Assembly: GCF_036321535.1 (NCBI RefSeq)
Contig: NC_087447.1
Span: forward strand, 42,844,001 to 42,908,000
Direction: 5' to 3'
Source of the DNA: Camelus dromedarius
Taxonomy: Eukaryota
DNA: 64,000 bases
In this document: positions 51,257 to 64,000 of the stretch, one piece after another
Layout of the letters: each line of letters opens with the position of its first letter
Numbering within the stretch: the stretch's first letter is position 1
The notes under the pieces: model-generated
What the model was told of the DNA's origin: nothing
Seen by the model: the letters and a program-made list of their open reading frames with translations, nothing else
The model's database searches: none
Program-made: the position numbers and the translations under genes

Positions 51257-51889
51257 GTAGCATAGGCTCACCCCTATGTTCTGTTCCCTCTTGTCCTGGG
51301 ACCCAATCCCAGAGTGAAGTGCTTATGAAGAGAACATGCAGACATTGGCTTATGTCCCAGAAGGCATATATCCTGGCTTTAGAGGTCTCAGGGCCAGGGA
51401 GGGTGTTTTGGGCCATCACTTGGTGAATTGGGGCCAAGCTAGGTCAAGACGATAAGAGTGAGTCTGAGCTAAAGTGCATACCTTCTGAAAGTGGGCATGC
51501 ACTAGCCAAAGGTAGGTGCTTAAGAATAAGGGCACAGAGTAGATACTGGGGAAGAAGTGCTTTTATCATGTGGGTACAACAAGTCAGTGGCAGTTTACCC
51601 TTTGTCACCCCTTTCCCAGTGTTTTCTGCATAAATCTACACATGATATAAATTGTCAGTATTTTATGTAGAAAGAGAAATAAGTAGGTACTGAGAGATCA
51701 TCACATGGCAGGTGCTGGGTTGGGCATCATGCATGCATCATTTTGCTCAATTCTTTGAGTCAGGGGTGATCTCTGTTCTACTGATGAGGAGGCTAAGGTT
51801 CAGAGAGGTTAGGTGACTTGTCTGAGATCACAGTTAGTCAGAGACTGAGCTGGATTTGGAAGCTAGGTCTTTGTGGCTTCAAAGCCCAT

Positions 51890-52135
51890 GTTTGTTTGTT
51901 TGTTTGTTTTTAATAGCTTTACTGAGATATAATTTATATCCCATAAAATTGTCCTTTTAAAATGTATAATTCAGTGATTTTTAGTATAGAGTTGTGTAAC
52001 CATTATTACTATCTACTTTTAAAACATTTTATCACCCTAAAAAGAAACCCCATACACATTAGCAGTCACTTCCCATTCACCCTGCAATATCTCCAGCCCT
52101 TGGCAACCACTAGTCTACTTTTTCTCTCTATCTGT
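51890..52135 (-). mobile_element. Old L1 3' end with (TTTG)n tail
   Basis: tttgtttg...taatagctttactgagatataatt...cattttatcaccctaaaaagaaaccc...ccttggcaaccactagtctactt. Confidence 0.75.
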
Positions 52136-52529
52136 CCTTTTTGCTGCCTGACACTATTTAGTGGAGTATTTTCCTTTTTAAGAAAACAACAAATTACATG
52201 AAGTCATACCCGTACTCACTCACTCTGTCCTGCCTCTAGTTCTGTGTGAACTGGTGAGCTACTGGGTTGAGCTGGGTGTGGACCTGCAGTTTACCTAGAG
52301 TAAACTGAGTTGAACTTCGGGCCATTGGCCCACTTAGATCAAGTGGGCTGGATTGTACAAAGGATGGGGTGGGTGGTGGAGGAGTTTTCTTGTTTCTTTA
52401 CATTTGGTGCCGGCTGGGCCCTGATCTCAGTACACAGCCTCTACATTGTTGGCTCTTCTGTTTGCTGTCTCTAGGCCCTCATAGGCCTAGGGGGAGGGCT
52501 CACCACGTTCTGTTCTACCCTGTTCACAG

Positions 52530-52644
52530 GATTTTTGAGGTGAAGCATCAGCACAGGAAGGTGGAAAACCAGATCAAAATGGCCAAGATGGTTCTGATGA
52601 ATGAGCTGAACAAACAGGCCAACGGGCTCATAGAGGAGTTGGAG
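52530..52644 (+). CDS. TRIM66: TRIM66 exon, coiled coil
   Basis: cacag|...|gtatat; 115 nt, IFEVKHQHRKVENQIKMAKMVLMNELNKQANGLIEELE. Confidence 0.96.
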
Positions 52645-53188
52645 GTATATGTGGACAGCTGGATGGGTTCTGTACTTTCCCTGGGGCAGAAACCAGGCCC
52701 ATATCAAACTTGTCTTGGCTCAGAACTGCCTGGGCTAGAATTCAGATGTGCAGTTTTCACAGCTCTCTGCTGCTCCCTCTGCCATAAAATGTCTAGTCTA
52801 GTTTTGGGAAGTTGGTACATTAAGGGCTAGAAAATCAGACCAAACTCCTATTAATGCTATGGTAGTAAGGCAGTTGCCTTCCTGAACTGTACAGGGTTAT
52901 AGCCTTGAAAGAGAGAGTCATGAAACAAGTTATGCCCAAGAGATGTAGACATTCATTCATTTCCTCATTTATTTATCATCTGGTCCATATTTGCACTGTC
53001 AAATCTACCTCCCCTTTCTCCCTCCATCCCTCAGCAGTCCATGTTCTCCTCTTGAGGTACGGTTTCCTCTGATTCCATTCCTCTGAGAAGTGTTTACACT
53101 GATATATGCAGGCCACCAGACTTCCTAAGCATGTGGACTGAAGTCCAAGGATGGGATCAGGGACTCTGTCTTCTCTTTTCGTACCCAG

Positions 53189-53335
53189 GGGATTACTAAT
53201 GAGAGGAAGCAGAAGCTGGAGCAGCAGTTACAGAGCATCATGGTTCTCAACCGTCAGTTTGAGCATGTGCAGAATTTCATTAACTGGGCTGTCTGCAGCA
53301 AAACCAGCATCCCTTTCCTTTTCAGCAAAGAGCTG
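53189..53335 (+). CDS. TRIM66: TRIM66 exon, coiled coil
   Basis: cccag|...|gtaaga; 147 nt, GITNERKQKLEQQLQSIMVLNRQFEHVQNFINWAVCSKTSIPFLFSKEL. Confidence 0.96.
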
Positions 53336-53579
53336 GTAAGAAGAACTCCAACTCCTCAATCACTGATTTTGGGTTAGTAAGTGAAAACCATCTTTCAGCA
53401 AACCCCACAGTGCAGAGGACTGAGGTGCTGGAATAGATCTGTTTTCCTCCAGGCAACTCAGCTGGGGAATTCTGTAGTTCCATCTTGGGTCATGGGTCCA
53501 GGCATTAGCCTGGATACTAGCAGTGTGCTGGACAGTCCCTAGAAAGTTATTTGGGTTTAAATGGGGCCTAAGAGGAAAG

Positions 53580-55300
53580 GAGGAGTTAAGGATGACGTTG
53601 AGGTGTTGATCTTGGGAAGATGGTGATGCTCAGGAAATGGAGCAAGAATTTTGAAAAGTTAATGGGGTTTATATTGGGATATATTGAATCTAAGGTACCT
53701 GGTGGGCATGTAAAAAGGGCTGTCCAAAATCTGTTTTGATAGCTAGGTCTGGAAGTCAGAAGAAAATTCAGGGTTAGAGAGAGAGATGTGAGAGTCACCA
53801 GGATATCGATGATACTAGAACAGTGTGTGAAGGAAGAGAAGAAGAACAAACTGGGAACCAGGGAAATGCCATCATTTTCAGCATAGACAAAGGAAGAGGA
53901 TGTGTGAAGGAGATGACCTTCAGAGCAACCTTCAGAAGTCAGAGGGGAAATAGGAGAGTGTGGTGCCTAGAAATTAACAGTTTCAAATTTTAAGTGATCA
54001 ATGTTATCATTGTTACACAGGTGAGAGAGGATGAGTAGTGAAGAGAAGCCTTGAGATCTAGGAATCAGGAGGTCCCTGGTAGTCTCTGAAAGAAATTCCA
54101 GCAATGTGGAATGGTCAAAAGCTAGAATGAGGGGACTTAGGATGGGAGGGGAGAAAGTAGAGACAGAAGTGAAAAGAAGGGAAACAAGAAGGTAGTTTGA
54201 GAAGGAGATGGGTTGGGGGATACTTTTTTTAAAGTAAGGAAGACAGTTGCACATGTTTATTTGGGAGAAGAGGTTGAAGATAGAAGAGATGTGTGGTAGA
54301 GGGAGTGTACTGGGAAGGCAGAAAGAAGTAGCATCTAGAGTAAACTGGCTGACCTTAAACAAAAGGCACTCCCTTCCTCTGAGTTGGGAGGACAAGAAGG
54401 TATCAGTACAATACAGTTAAGTTTGGAGGTAGGCAGGATACAAATTTGAGGGAATTTATCTTTTATGGTTTTTTTTTTTTTCATGTTCTGTGAAGTAGGA
54501 GGTGATAATGGGAAGAGTTAGGCACTGGGTAAATGGCATTGAGGAGAAAAGTAAAGATTTTAAATAGTCATTAAGGACTGTGGAAGAGGAAGCTGACAAG
54601 AAAGGAGGTGACAAGAAAAAGAACTGAAGGGTGCCCCTGAGGTTAATGATGACTGAAGTGACCCCAGTAACATGACTCTGGGATGGCTGGATTGACTCGA
54701 GATCAGGGGTTGGTGATGGGGAGGGAATTAGGGCACTAGTGATACTGTTACTGAAAACGATGGGAAGCTGGGACGGCCCTCTGGACTGATGGAGCAGGGC
54801 TTGGGGGCGTCAGTGAGGTTGAAGAGCATGTTCAGAAAGAGCGAGAGCTAGTTGTGATCAGGGAGAAGGTTGCTGGAGTTCAAGGTCTCATAGGTAGAAT
54901 GGTTCTAGATGATGAAAATGGTCTAGGTCTGGTGACTGAACTGAAAGAGGTGTGAAGGTGATTCGCATTAAAGAAATCAAGGAAGTAAGAGGCTAAGATG
55001 TTAAGACATTGGTTAACTAGATGTTGACAGGGTAGTTGGACACTTGCTGAAGTCCTAGATAAATGAGGGAGTTGGTGATGGGAGATAGATGAAAGAAGGG
55101 ATGGTTAAGGAAGAGGGCAACTGGTTAGAATTAAAGGGACTTTTACAGGTGGGTGGAAAGAGAATGTGGGATGCTTAGAGAATGTCTGCCCTCATAGGCT
55201 TTTGATTTGAGCTTATGGTAGAATGAATGGAATGCTCTTGAGAGGCTCCCAGACAAGTGATATCCTGAGGGAGAATTACAACTCACTTGGGGCCTGGGAG
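53580..55300 (-). mobile_element. L2 LINE remnant (approximate bounds; another at ~60400-61350)
   Basis: Long purine-rich L2-like text (gccttgagatctaggaatcaggaggtccctggtagtctctgaaaga...). Confidence 0.55.
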
Positions 55301-55537
55301 AGATAAGAATGTAGGCTTTCCCGAAGCCTCAGTAAGAGGAAAGGGATCAGTGTGGGGGTAAGGGGAGGGAGGAGTAATGTGAAGATACTGAGGTGCAAAG
55401 AAGTGAGCATGTGAGGGAGGACCACTTGCTAAAGAGCCATGGCTTTGAGCCCTTCAACCTGGCCAAAGGGTGAAGGAGAGGGAGTTGTTACTCAGGCATA
55501 AGATGCCCAAAGAAATGACCTTTGGTGCTGTTGTCAG

Positions 55538-55655
55538 ATTGTGTTTCAGATGCAGCGATTGCTGGAGACAAATTGTAACACAGACCCTGGCTCCCCTTGG
55601 AGTATCAGATTCACTTGGGAGCCTAACTTCTGGACCAAGCAGCTGGCTTCCCTTG
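55538..55655 (+). CDS. TRIM66: TRIM66 exon
   Basis: gtcag|...|gtgagc; 118 nt, IVFQMQRLLETNCNTDPGSPWSIRFTWEPNFWTKQLASL. Confidence 0.94.
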
Positions 55656-56788
55656 GTGAGCCCAGAGCCTACTCTATTGGCCTTTACATAATTGCTGGGA
55701 ATGAATATAGACCATCTACTTGGCTTACTGGGTAGGTCAGCATATGCCCAAGAGAAAGCACTCCCTGAGAATGCCAGTGGTGATGGAGTCATTCAGCAAA
55801 ACCTTTTTAGGGGATATGGAGGTGGTGTTAAGGTGGGATGGGGAGAATTGATAGCTTAAATAGCAGTGGCAATACAGAACTTTTGTAATAGGACCAGTTG
55901 AAATCTGAGCTTCCTATTCTGCTTGAATGTCCCTGTTGCCTTGGTTTCATTGCTAGAGAGGAGACAAGACAGTGGCCCTACTCTCCAGAATGCTGAATGG
56001 CAGTGCAGGCGGACCTGTGTTTCTGAGTATAAGGGTGTATAGATGTGTAGGCACAACAGAGACAGACAGACAGACAATGTCACACCCTTTGGAGCTGAGA
56101 TGTAAGCAGATAATTTATGACCTTGTGCATTTTCCTTCCCTGCTACAATAATTTGCTGGCTTTCAGTCTTTGGGGGGAATGTAGACAACTTGGGGTTGTA
56201 CCTGTGTTGACAGCCTAATAGTAGCTTTGTTAAACTAATGGCCAACTGCTGCCTTCATCTGGGCTGTTCATCTCATTGCAAGTGTTTTGAACTTGACAGA
56301 GTGATAAATGATATTTTGGTATATTTTTTGTTTCCCTTTCCCCTTTGATTTAATTCCTTTGGTGAGCACCTGCTCTGAATCAGGCCCCACACTGGCCACT
56401 AAGTGACCGAAGGTGACTCCTCCTGCCTCCTGCCCTCAAGGAGCTCAGTCTTCCCCTAAGTAAGCCTCAAGTGAGCTGAAGGAGCCCTTAGACTGACAGT
56501 GATAGATATCATCTACTCGTCATGAAGGCCCAGGGACCTCAGACCACAGTGCTGGCACCTGCTGCTAACCTGGTGTTAGAGCTTCCCTCTCTCTTCCATC
56601 CCACTCGCCCAACACACAGCTCCCCAGAACCATAGTTGAAGACATGCTCATTGACTCTCCTTTGCCACTTTCGAGCACACTCTCTTCTTTCCTGTTGAAT
56701 GATACCTTTTGGTCCTAGGAGTGGGAGGTAGCAAGTGGGGAACAACTGCAGATTTCCTTTGGAAACATTCTCTATTTTGAATTTCTAG

Positions 56789-57693
56789 GCTGTATAACTA
56801 CTGAGGGTGGACAGCTGTCCCGGGCAGATACTCCTGCTTATGGAGGCTTACAGGGACCATCATCTTTTTATCAAAGCCACCAGTCCCCAGTGGCTCAGCA
56901 AGAGACTCTTAGCCATCCCTCACACAAGTTCCAGTCTCCAGCACTGTGTTCCTCATCTGTGTGCTGCTCCCACTGCTCCCCAGTCTCGCCCTCCCTCAAA
57001 GGCCAGGTCCCCCCACCCAGCATACACCCAGCCCACAGCTTTAGGCAGCCCTCTGAGATGGTGCCCCAACAGCTGGGGTCACTGCAGTGCTCTACCCTGC
57101 TGCCCAGGGAGAAAGAACTGCCGTGCAATCCTCATCCACCAAAGCTGCTGCAGCCCTGGCTGGAAACCCAGCCCCCCGTGGAGCAGGAGAGCACATCCCA
57201 GCGGCTGGGGCAGCAGCTGACTTCCCAGCCTGTGTGCATCGTCCCCCCGCAGGATGTTCAGCCAGGAGCCCATGCCCAGCCCACCTTACAGTCACCCTCT
57301 ATCCAAGTCCAGTTCGGCCACCACCAGAAGCTGAAGCTCAGCCACTTTCAGCAGCAGCCGCAGCAGCAGCTGCCACTTCCACCACCTCTGCCGCCTCCAC
57401 CCCAGCAGCAGCCCGCCCCACCTCTACCTCCATCCCAGCATCTGGCTTCTAGTCAGCACGAGAGCCCTCCTGGGCCCGCCTGTTCTCAGAACGTGGACAT
57501 AATGCACCACAAGTTCGAGCTGGAGGAGATGCAGAAGGACCTGGAGCTCCTCCTTCAGGCTCAACAGCCCAGCCTGCAGCTGAGTCAGACCAAATCTCCT
57601 CAGCACCTTCAGCAAACCATTGTGGGGCAGATCAACTACATTGTGAGGCAGCCGGCCCCCGTCCAGTCCCAGAGCCAGGAGGACACCGTGCAG
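56789..57693 (+). CDS. TRIM66: TRIM66 large Pro/Gln/Ser-rich exon
   Basis: tctag|...|gtgagc; 905 nt open, CITTEGGQLSRAD...HHKFELEEMQKDLELLLQAQQ...SQEDTVQ. Confidence 0.96.
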
Positions 57694-59029
57694 GTGAGCC
57701 TCAGGTGGAGTGGAACACATGTTCTCCCTGTGATAGCGCAGGGGACACAGCCTCCCAGTCTCAGGGTAGCATAGGAACACATTTTCTTCATTTTAGGGAG
57801 GGCTTGAACTCAGCCCTGACTATTCAAGACTGTCCTGGTTCCACCTCCCATCTCAGGAAAGCTCCAGAGAGCATAGTACCTAGTCCCAACATAGATCTGG
57901 GTTTAATATGGTCTGGAGTGGCCTGGCTTATCCCTGTCTTCTTGGGTGACACTAGGGACCTTGTCTATGAATGGAACTTCCTGAGCGGTGCTGGACTCCA
58001 GCCAGTGCCAGGGTGGAGAGAGGCTATCTCTTACCTTTGTAACCTCACTTCTCTTGCTGTAATATGTGAATCCCACATGGAGGAAGGGCTTAAGGAGTGG
58101 AGGAGGGTGTACACTAGGTGCTAGTGAGCAGCAACTTCATAACACTGAACAGAATGAGATTTAGAGTTTATTCCGAGCATACCAAACTGGGAATGCTTTA
58201 TATATACCTCATCATTTATCCTATCAACAACGTTGTTAGATAGGCATTAACATGTGTTTTTCTGGATGCAGAAGTGGAGGTCAGAGAGGGAAAGCAGTTT
58301 GCCTAGAGATCATAAAACATTGAGCAGTAGAGCCAAAACTTGGATCCAAGGTCTGCTGACTCTGAAATGCCACAGAGGAGGCCTTGTTCTTGCTCTCCCT
58401 AGTTGGGTGGTGGAGGCTGCTCCTCTCCTTCCTCAGCTAAAAGCCAGTTGAATAGGTACAGCTTGTACCTCTGGGATCTTTGCAGCACTCTGCATCTTCG
58501 TTCTTAACTCTGGCTTTTCTTTGTCTACAGAGCTTCCTGTTCTAGCCCCTTCTCACTTTTCCCATAGTGGTGTCTCCTTTAAATATGGAACTGCATTTAT
58601 TTCTTAAAAGCAGCTCTATAGACTTTTACTTTATCACAAAATATAAGGCCTCACGTTTATACTTCAGCATTGACAACTTCAGATCATGCTTCAGATGTCT
58701 TCCTCTGAGGCTAGGTTCCTTGGAGGGGACATGGACTAATCCTTATGATGGCAGAGAAAAGTCTAGGGTTTATAGAGGACCACAAGCTCTGTGAGATTAA
58801 ATCAAAACGATTATGATTGCTAAGGTGAACGTAATTCTTGGATTGGGTTCTATCCTAAGACTGTCATGTTAGGAAGAGTTTAGATGAAACTTTCTTTGTG
58901 AAAAAAATTCGAGCAGTTCACAATGTGTAGATGGTGACAACAGAGGGTGCAGAATGGGCATTAGCCTTTGCTGTTGCTGCTGCTACTCTCTGCAGTAAAA
59001 CCCACCCAAGTTCTTATTTTCTTCTCCAG

Positions 59030-59191
59030 GCTACAGATGAGCCCCCAGCATCTGAAGGCCCAAAGCCAGCCCTCCCTCTTGACAAGAATACTGCTGCTAA
59101 CTTGCCCCAGGCATCTGGAGAAGAAACCCCTCACAGTGTCCCCTCACAGGACAACGCCATCCAGCATTCCTCTCCAAATGTGGTGAGAAAG
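59030..59191 (+). CDS. TRIM66: TRIM66 exon; gene continues beyond the window (PHD-bromo exons not seen)
   Basis: tccag|ATDEPPASEGPKPALPLDKNT...HSSPNVVRK|gtacta; alternative in-frame donor after 59182. Confidence 0.9.
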
Positions 59192-62100
59192 GTACTAACG
59201 GAGCCTGCTCTCCCTGACCATACGGGGCCCACTGCCAGTCAAGACCCCAGGGACCTGGAGGAGGATGCCTAGACGGGGGGAGGAGTATCCCTGTTCCATC
59301 CCTGGATGTTACACAGCCCTGACTCATGCGTTCTGTCCTAGTGAGTCAACAAGGGCCTCCTCCACCCCATTTCCACTCCCACGTACACTTAAAATGGGAG
59401 CAACTGGGCTTCATTTAGAGAGGAAGGGGAAAGGGAAAGACAGCCAATTTATTGAACATTCTGATTTTATAGCTAAAGAAAGTGAGGTCCAGGGTCCTAC
59501 AGCAAGTAGATACAAGGGCTAGGATTTATTTACAATGAGAATCCAAAGCCTGAACTTCTTCCTCTCTGCATGAAAATGGGGAAAGTATTTTATGTGGCCC
59601 CATAATCCGAAGTTGGTTGGCCTTAGAATTTGAATTAATGGAATTTGTTGGGTGAGCGGTCTACAGGGATGTCCTGCACAGGTAGCTGAGCATCTAGGGA
59701 CACAGATCTCTTGAAGATAAGCTATTTGAAGCCCTCCCTGTCCATCCACCTACCTGCTTGGTGGAAGGGTTCATGGTAATAACCCAAAATCCCATGACTC
59801 CTCAGCTGACTTCCTCTCACCCCTGCCTTTCATTCCTACCCTGGTCGTCCTCCTAGCTGGAATCTCAGTGCTGTGCCAGGCCTTCCACTTAGCCCTCCGT
59901 GTATAACTTGGCCCTGTTCCACTTACTGCCTTTTCTGGTCTAGTACCCTCAGCCCTCCTGGTACTTCCACTCATCCCTGTATTTGAAGCTGTCAGCTATT
60001 CTGTAGCTTCCCAGATTGCACCCTCAGCCCTGCAGCATCCTTTGGGCTCTACAACCCCAGTTCCACTAGCTGTTCTGTGTACCTACCCCACACACCCTTA
60101 TGTTTCTCCCAGCATCATCATTGCCCTACATGTCTTAGACCAGTCTATCTCGGTGATATTTGGGGAAGAGGGTTTTAAAATGTAAGAGATGGGAAAAATG
60201 AAACGTTAATGTAGTGACTCTTGGAGTCTGGACAAGCCTCTGGTACTAAAGGCTTTTTGTCTCTGCCTAGGTTGTCCTATCCTTTTGAAAATGGTTTAGC
60301 CTAAAGGCCATAGAGGTGCTGTAAATTGACCCTTTGTGGCTCTTAGGGGTTTACATTCTTACACCTGGGGTCGATATCTATCTATCCAATGATCCATCTA
60401 TCCACCCATTTATTTACTCAATGTTCAAAAATATATATTACATTTCATGTACCAAATATTTTTCTAGGTGTCAGGCACACATTGGTGAATTAAGGCAGTC
60501 TTACATTGGAGCATCCAGCCTAGTGGGAGAGACAGTTAAATCAACAATGATAAAGTATGATAAAGTGCTATGATAGTCAATGGGGTGTATAGAAGGAGCA
60601 CTGAACCCTGGGAGAAGGGACTGTTCACAGAAGGCTTCCTAGAGGACATGGTTTTAAGCTGAGGTTTGAAGGAGTGGAAGTTAAGCAGGTAAAGGAGGGT
60701 TGAAGGAAAGGCTGGAATAAACAGTCAAAGGGAATGGCAGGTAGGAAGGTCCAGAAGTGAGAAAGAGCCTGGGCTACTTAGGGGGTTTCAGATAATTTGG
60801 CGTAGTAGGAACATGAGATATGCTGGTGAATGGGAGTGATTGAAACCACAATAGTTGGAATGCCTTGTAAATTATACTCTGGAGTTGGGATTCAGTCTTG
60901 GGGGTTGTGAGGCGTGAATGAAGAAGGATTTCTAGCAAGGCAGAACATGGTTTGAATTAAACTTTAGAAAGGTCACTTTAGTTGTAGGAAAGGAGACCAA
61001 AATAGGACAGAAGAGAAATAGGAGCAGTTGAATGAAATCAAGTAATGCTGAGAATAAAGAGGCAGCTAGGACTTCAAGAGATCAGATCTCAGGTGCTTTG
61101 GGACTTGGAGTCTGATTGGCAATAAGAAGCGGGAGAAAGAAAGTCCAAGCTTTGTCTTGACCCACTGGGTTGCCATTCACCTGAGACGGGAACATGAGAG
61201 GAAAAGCATGTTTGTGGAGAGGGAAAAGTTAAGTTTTGAAAATTGTTGGTGTGTTGTTGGTGGAAGCTACCTTACAAGATGACTGAAAGGCAGCTAGCTC
61301 TAGAGGTCAGTAGGTCAGAAGGAAGCCTGGGATTGCCAGTGCTTAAGTGGTAGTGGGAGCCATGCCAAAAACACTTCTTATTTCATGAGTCTCAGTTCTG
61401 CTTCTGCACACAGTACAAAGGAAAGGAGGTAAGCCATGTGCAAGCACGGAGTCTGTCCTGCTTGTGTGGGTGGCCCACAGGGCGCTCTGAGCAGTGAGGG
61501 GGTGCTGCCCTCCTGTGTGGCTGCAGGGTGGCAGTGGGGTTAATGAAAACCCTAAGACCTCTGACTTCTCATTTTGAGTTGCCCCTGGCCTTTAACCTGG
61601 GCCCATGCAGAGGTGTGGAGGGGCAAGTGGCCTGGCATTTTTCAGATGTTTCATAGGCTTCTTTATGGCTTGAACTCCCAGAAGAAGAACCTCCAGGTTT
61701 CCATCCTGGCCCAGAGGAACCTCTGGGTCTACTTGACTGAGAGAGGTACTGACTATACACAAAGCTCCTGAAATAAGAAAAAGGGCTTTCTTTTTGAGGG
61801 AATTCATTGCCTTGAACCTGGGATTGGGTACAGTGCAGGGTATGAAGGTCAAAATTACCAAACAACATTTTGAGCCTCTTATTGATTGGTAATACTTTGT
61901 ATAGCATTTTCTATAGGTTTGTCATAGGTTTTTACATGGATTATTCCATTTTATCTCTTTGTTTATCCTAGCAATACTATGAGGAAGCCACTTTCTTATT
62001 CCCCTTTGAAAGATGTGGAAACTGAGACACAGATGTTAAGTGACCACCTAAGAGATATACAGCCGACTATTGGCAATGTTAGGACCAGAGCACAGGTTCC

Positions 62101-64000
62101 TGCCTTAGCCGTGTGTTCAATGATTAGGTTAAATTGCTTCTCTCTGTGCACTGCAGTGAGAGAAGTAGGATTCCATTTGGATTTTCCTGTCTTTACAATC
62201 TTTGAAGTAACCCGAGGCCTTGCTGGGGAGAGGGCTGGGACCCAGCCTAGCTTGGTCTTGGTTATCTTTATCCGGTAAAGGCATTTAGCCCCCAGCCCAC
62301 TCCTCAGCCTGTGCTAGCCTATGAGTGCCAGGGGAAGCCAGAAGTCTATGAGGCCACAGGCAAGAGGAACCCCTGGCACTGGGCACCTCCTTGTGTGTTC
62401 CACGAGGACTCCTTCATGCTCAGAACTGATCACTGACTTCGTGTCACCACAGGAGGACTTTTGTTACAGCAGAGCAGCTGTGAACAAGTACCTGGGACTT
62501 GGTACTACGTGAGCTGATGGTGAAAACAGATTGCTGCTGAAACTGAGATTTGAAAGTTCTAGGATGGGTTTTCTAGTGGCTTGATCTCTGCAATCTCATG
62601 AGCATTTTATCCCATCACTTTCCCTGCCTCCAGTAGGATGTTTTTGAATAAACTTAGACATCTGTTTGGCACTAGCTGTTGCCTAAGCTTCCTAATATTG
62701 GTTCAGCCACTCTAAAGAAAGACCATGAAGAAAGATAACTCTACAGCAGAATCCCTTCAGATCCCAAGGGAAATTGGAAGACATTTCAATGGCTTTAATT
62801 CATGCTTCTGAACTAGTCGACTGCTGAAAAATACATGCACTCCTTTCCTCAAAGCTCTCATGGAGTCAAGGCTGGCAGCGTCACAGACAGCGCTGTCTGA
62901 ACCGAGTTCACCTGCAAGAGGGACCTCTCCTGCTCACAGTGTGGCCCCAGATCTTCAATAGAGGACTTTAAGGCCACCAAGTTGCTGCTCAAGGATTGAG
63001 AGGAGTCTAGGATGTATTTTCAGTAAATGATTCACAAGTAGTAGGCATTCCTGTGGTTCAGATTATTAAGAGTGATGCAGAGGAGTAAAGGATTATGACT
63101 CTGATGAATAGCATTTATGCCATTATCAAAGCGTTTTGATGCCTGAGCTCTTGATTTGATTCTTACAAGCTGTGAGATTTACATTAACCTGCAGAGGAGG
63201 ATATTAAAACCCAGAAATGGAAAATGATTTGCTCACGTACGTACTCTAAACCTTGACGTAAGTGAGGAAATACTAAGCATCCTGCCTAATGTGCTCTGTC
63301 CTACGTAGGAATCAAGCCGAATTCTCCCCCGGTCTGGCTTCCTGAATTTTGTACTCTCTAGAAAGCCTGTCTCCTTTATAGCCTGATTTCATCCACAGAC
63401 CAAACCCAAGATCTTTGTCTAGGTCTCCTACTCCATGAGAAGACAGATTCTTGCTTCTAGGCCTCAGATTTCCTTAACTCAGCCTAGGGAAAATACCCTT
63501 GCCAAATTCTCCCAAGTCTCCAAGATTTGGGTTTTGAGGTTTCACTCATACTGGCTTTCACTTTAGATTTTCTGGAATCCACTTATTCCTTTCCTCTTCC
63601 TTCCACCTCAGACTCTAGGATCCTCTTTGCTTTTTCCATCTTCTCCGATCATCAGGGCACTGGGCACTCCTCAGTTTGTCTCTCTTCACCAACCATGATC
63701 ATTTTCCCATTTGACTCTGGTCAGTTAGCAGATATCAGCATAGTTACATCTGAGCTGGAGGGACACTCGCTACCAGCAAGAGCAGTTTTCCTGTTCAAAA
63801 TCAACTTGTGAAATCACTTGCAGGTAAAGTTAGTTCCCTCCTCAGCTGTCTGATTCAGTTGTTTCAAGATCTTCTGCTGTTAAACCAGTCTACTTAATCT
63901 GAAGCAGCTGAAACACTCAAATATCCCAAGGATTTAATACACAAATCTATTTACCTCTATCTTTGTCTCTAATCTGTTTCTTTTAGCCAGGGTGAAGGCC

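Noticed and set aside
63950..64000. Pyrimidine tract and ttttag|ccag at the window end
   Set aside because: Looks like an acceptor, but the few downstream bases do not match the expected next TRIM66 exon and the window ends.

Overview
Mammalian genomic DNA, most likely camelid (a Vic-1-like tRNA-derived SINE and a camelid-type L1 3' end, recognised from memory). It is the syntenic block DENND2B(ST5)-RPL27A-TRIM66. It contains: (i) the last nine coding exons and 3' UTR of DENND2B (+, 1477-~14510); (ii) a ~9 kb tail-to-tail interval with an internally deleted L1 nested in an old hAT transposon, plus an orphan ETS-rich CpG island (~21.0-21.5 kb); (iii) the complete RPL27A gene (-, 5 exons, 148 aa, 5'TOP tract) hosting the H/ACA snoRNAs SNORA3A and SNORA3B; (iv) the 5' half of TRIM66/TIF1delta (+), head-to-head with RPL27A. 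Exon phases were checked by hand and the frames are continuous. No wholly new biological system can be demonstrated from sequence alone. The best leads are: a split TIF1-type RING finger in TRIM66 with one zinc ligand changed Cys->Tyr; an internal RFX+CRE promoter between the two RING exons that would give a RING-less isoform; an orphan promoter with an antisense splice donor; a 118-bp ungapped duplication with codon-periodic divergence; and an L1 whose 5'UTR is fused to mid-ORF2. Repeat family names and boundaries are approximate.
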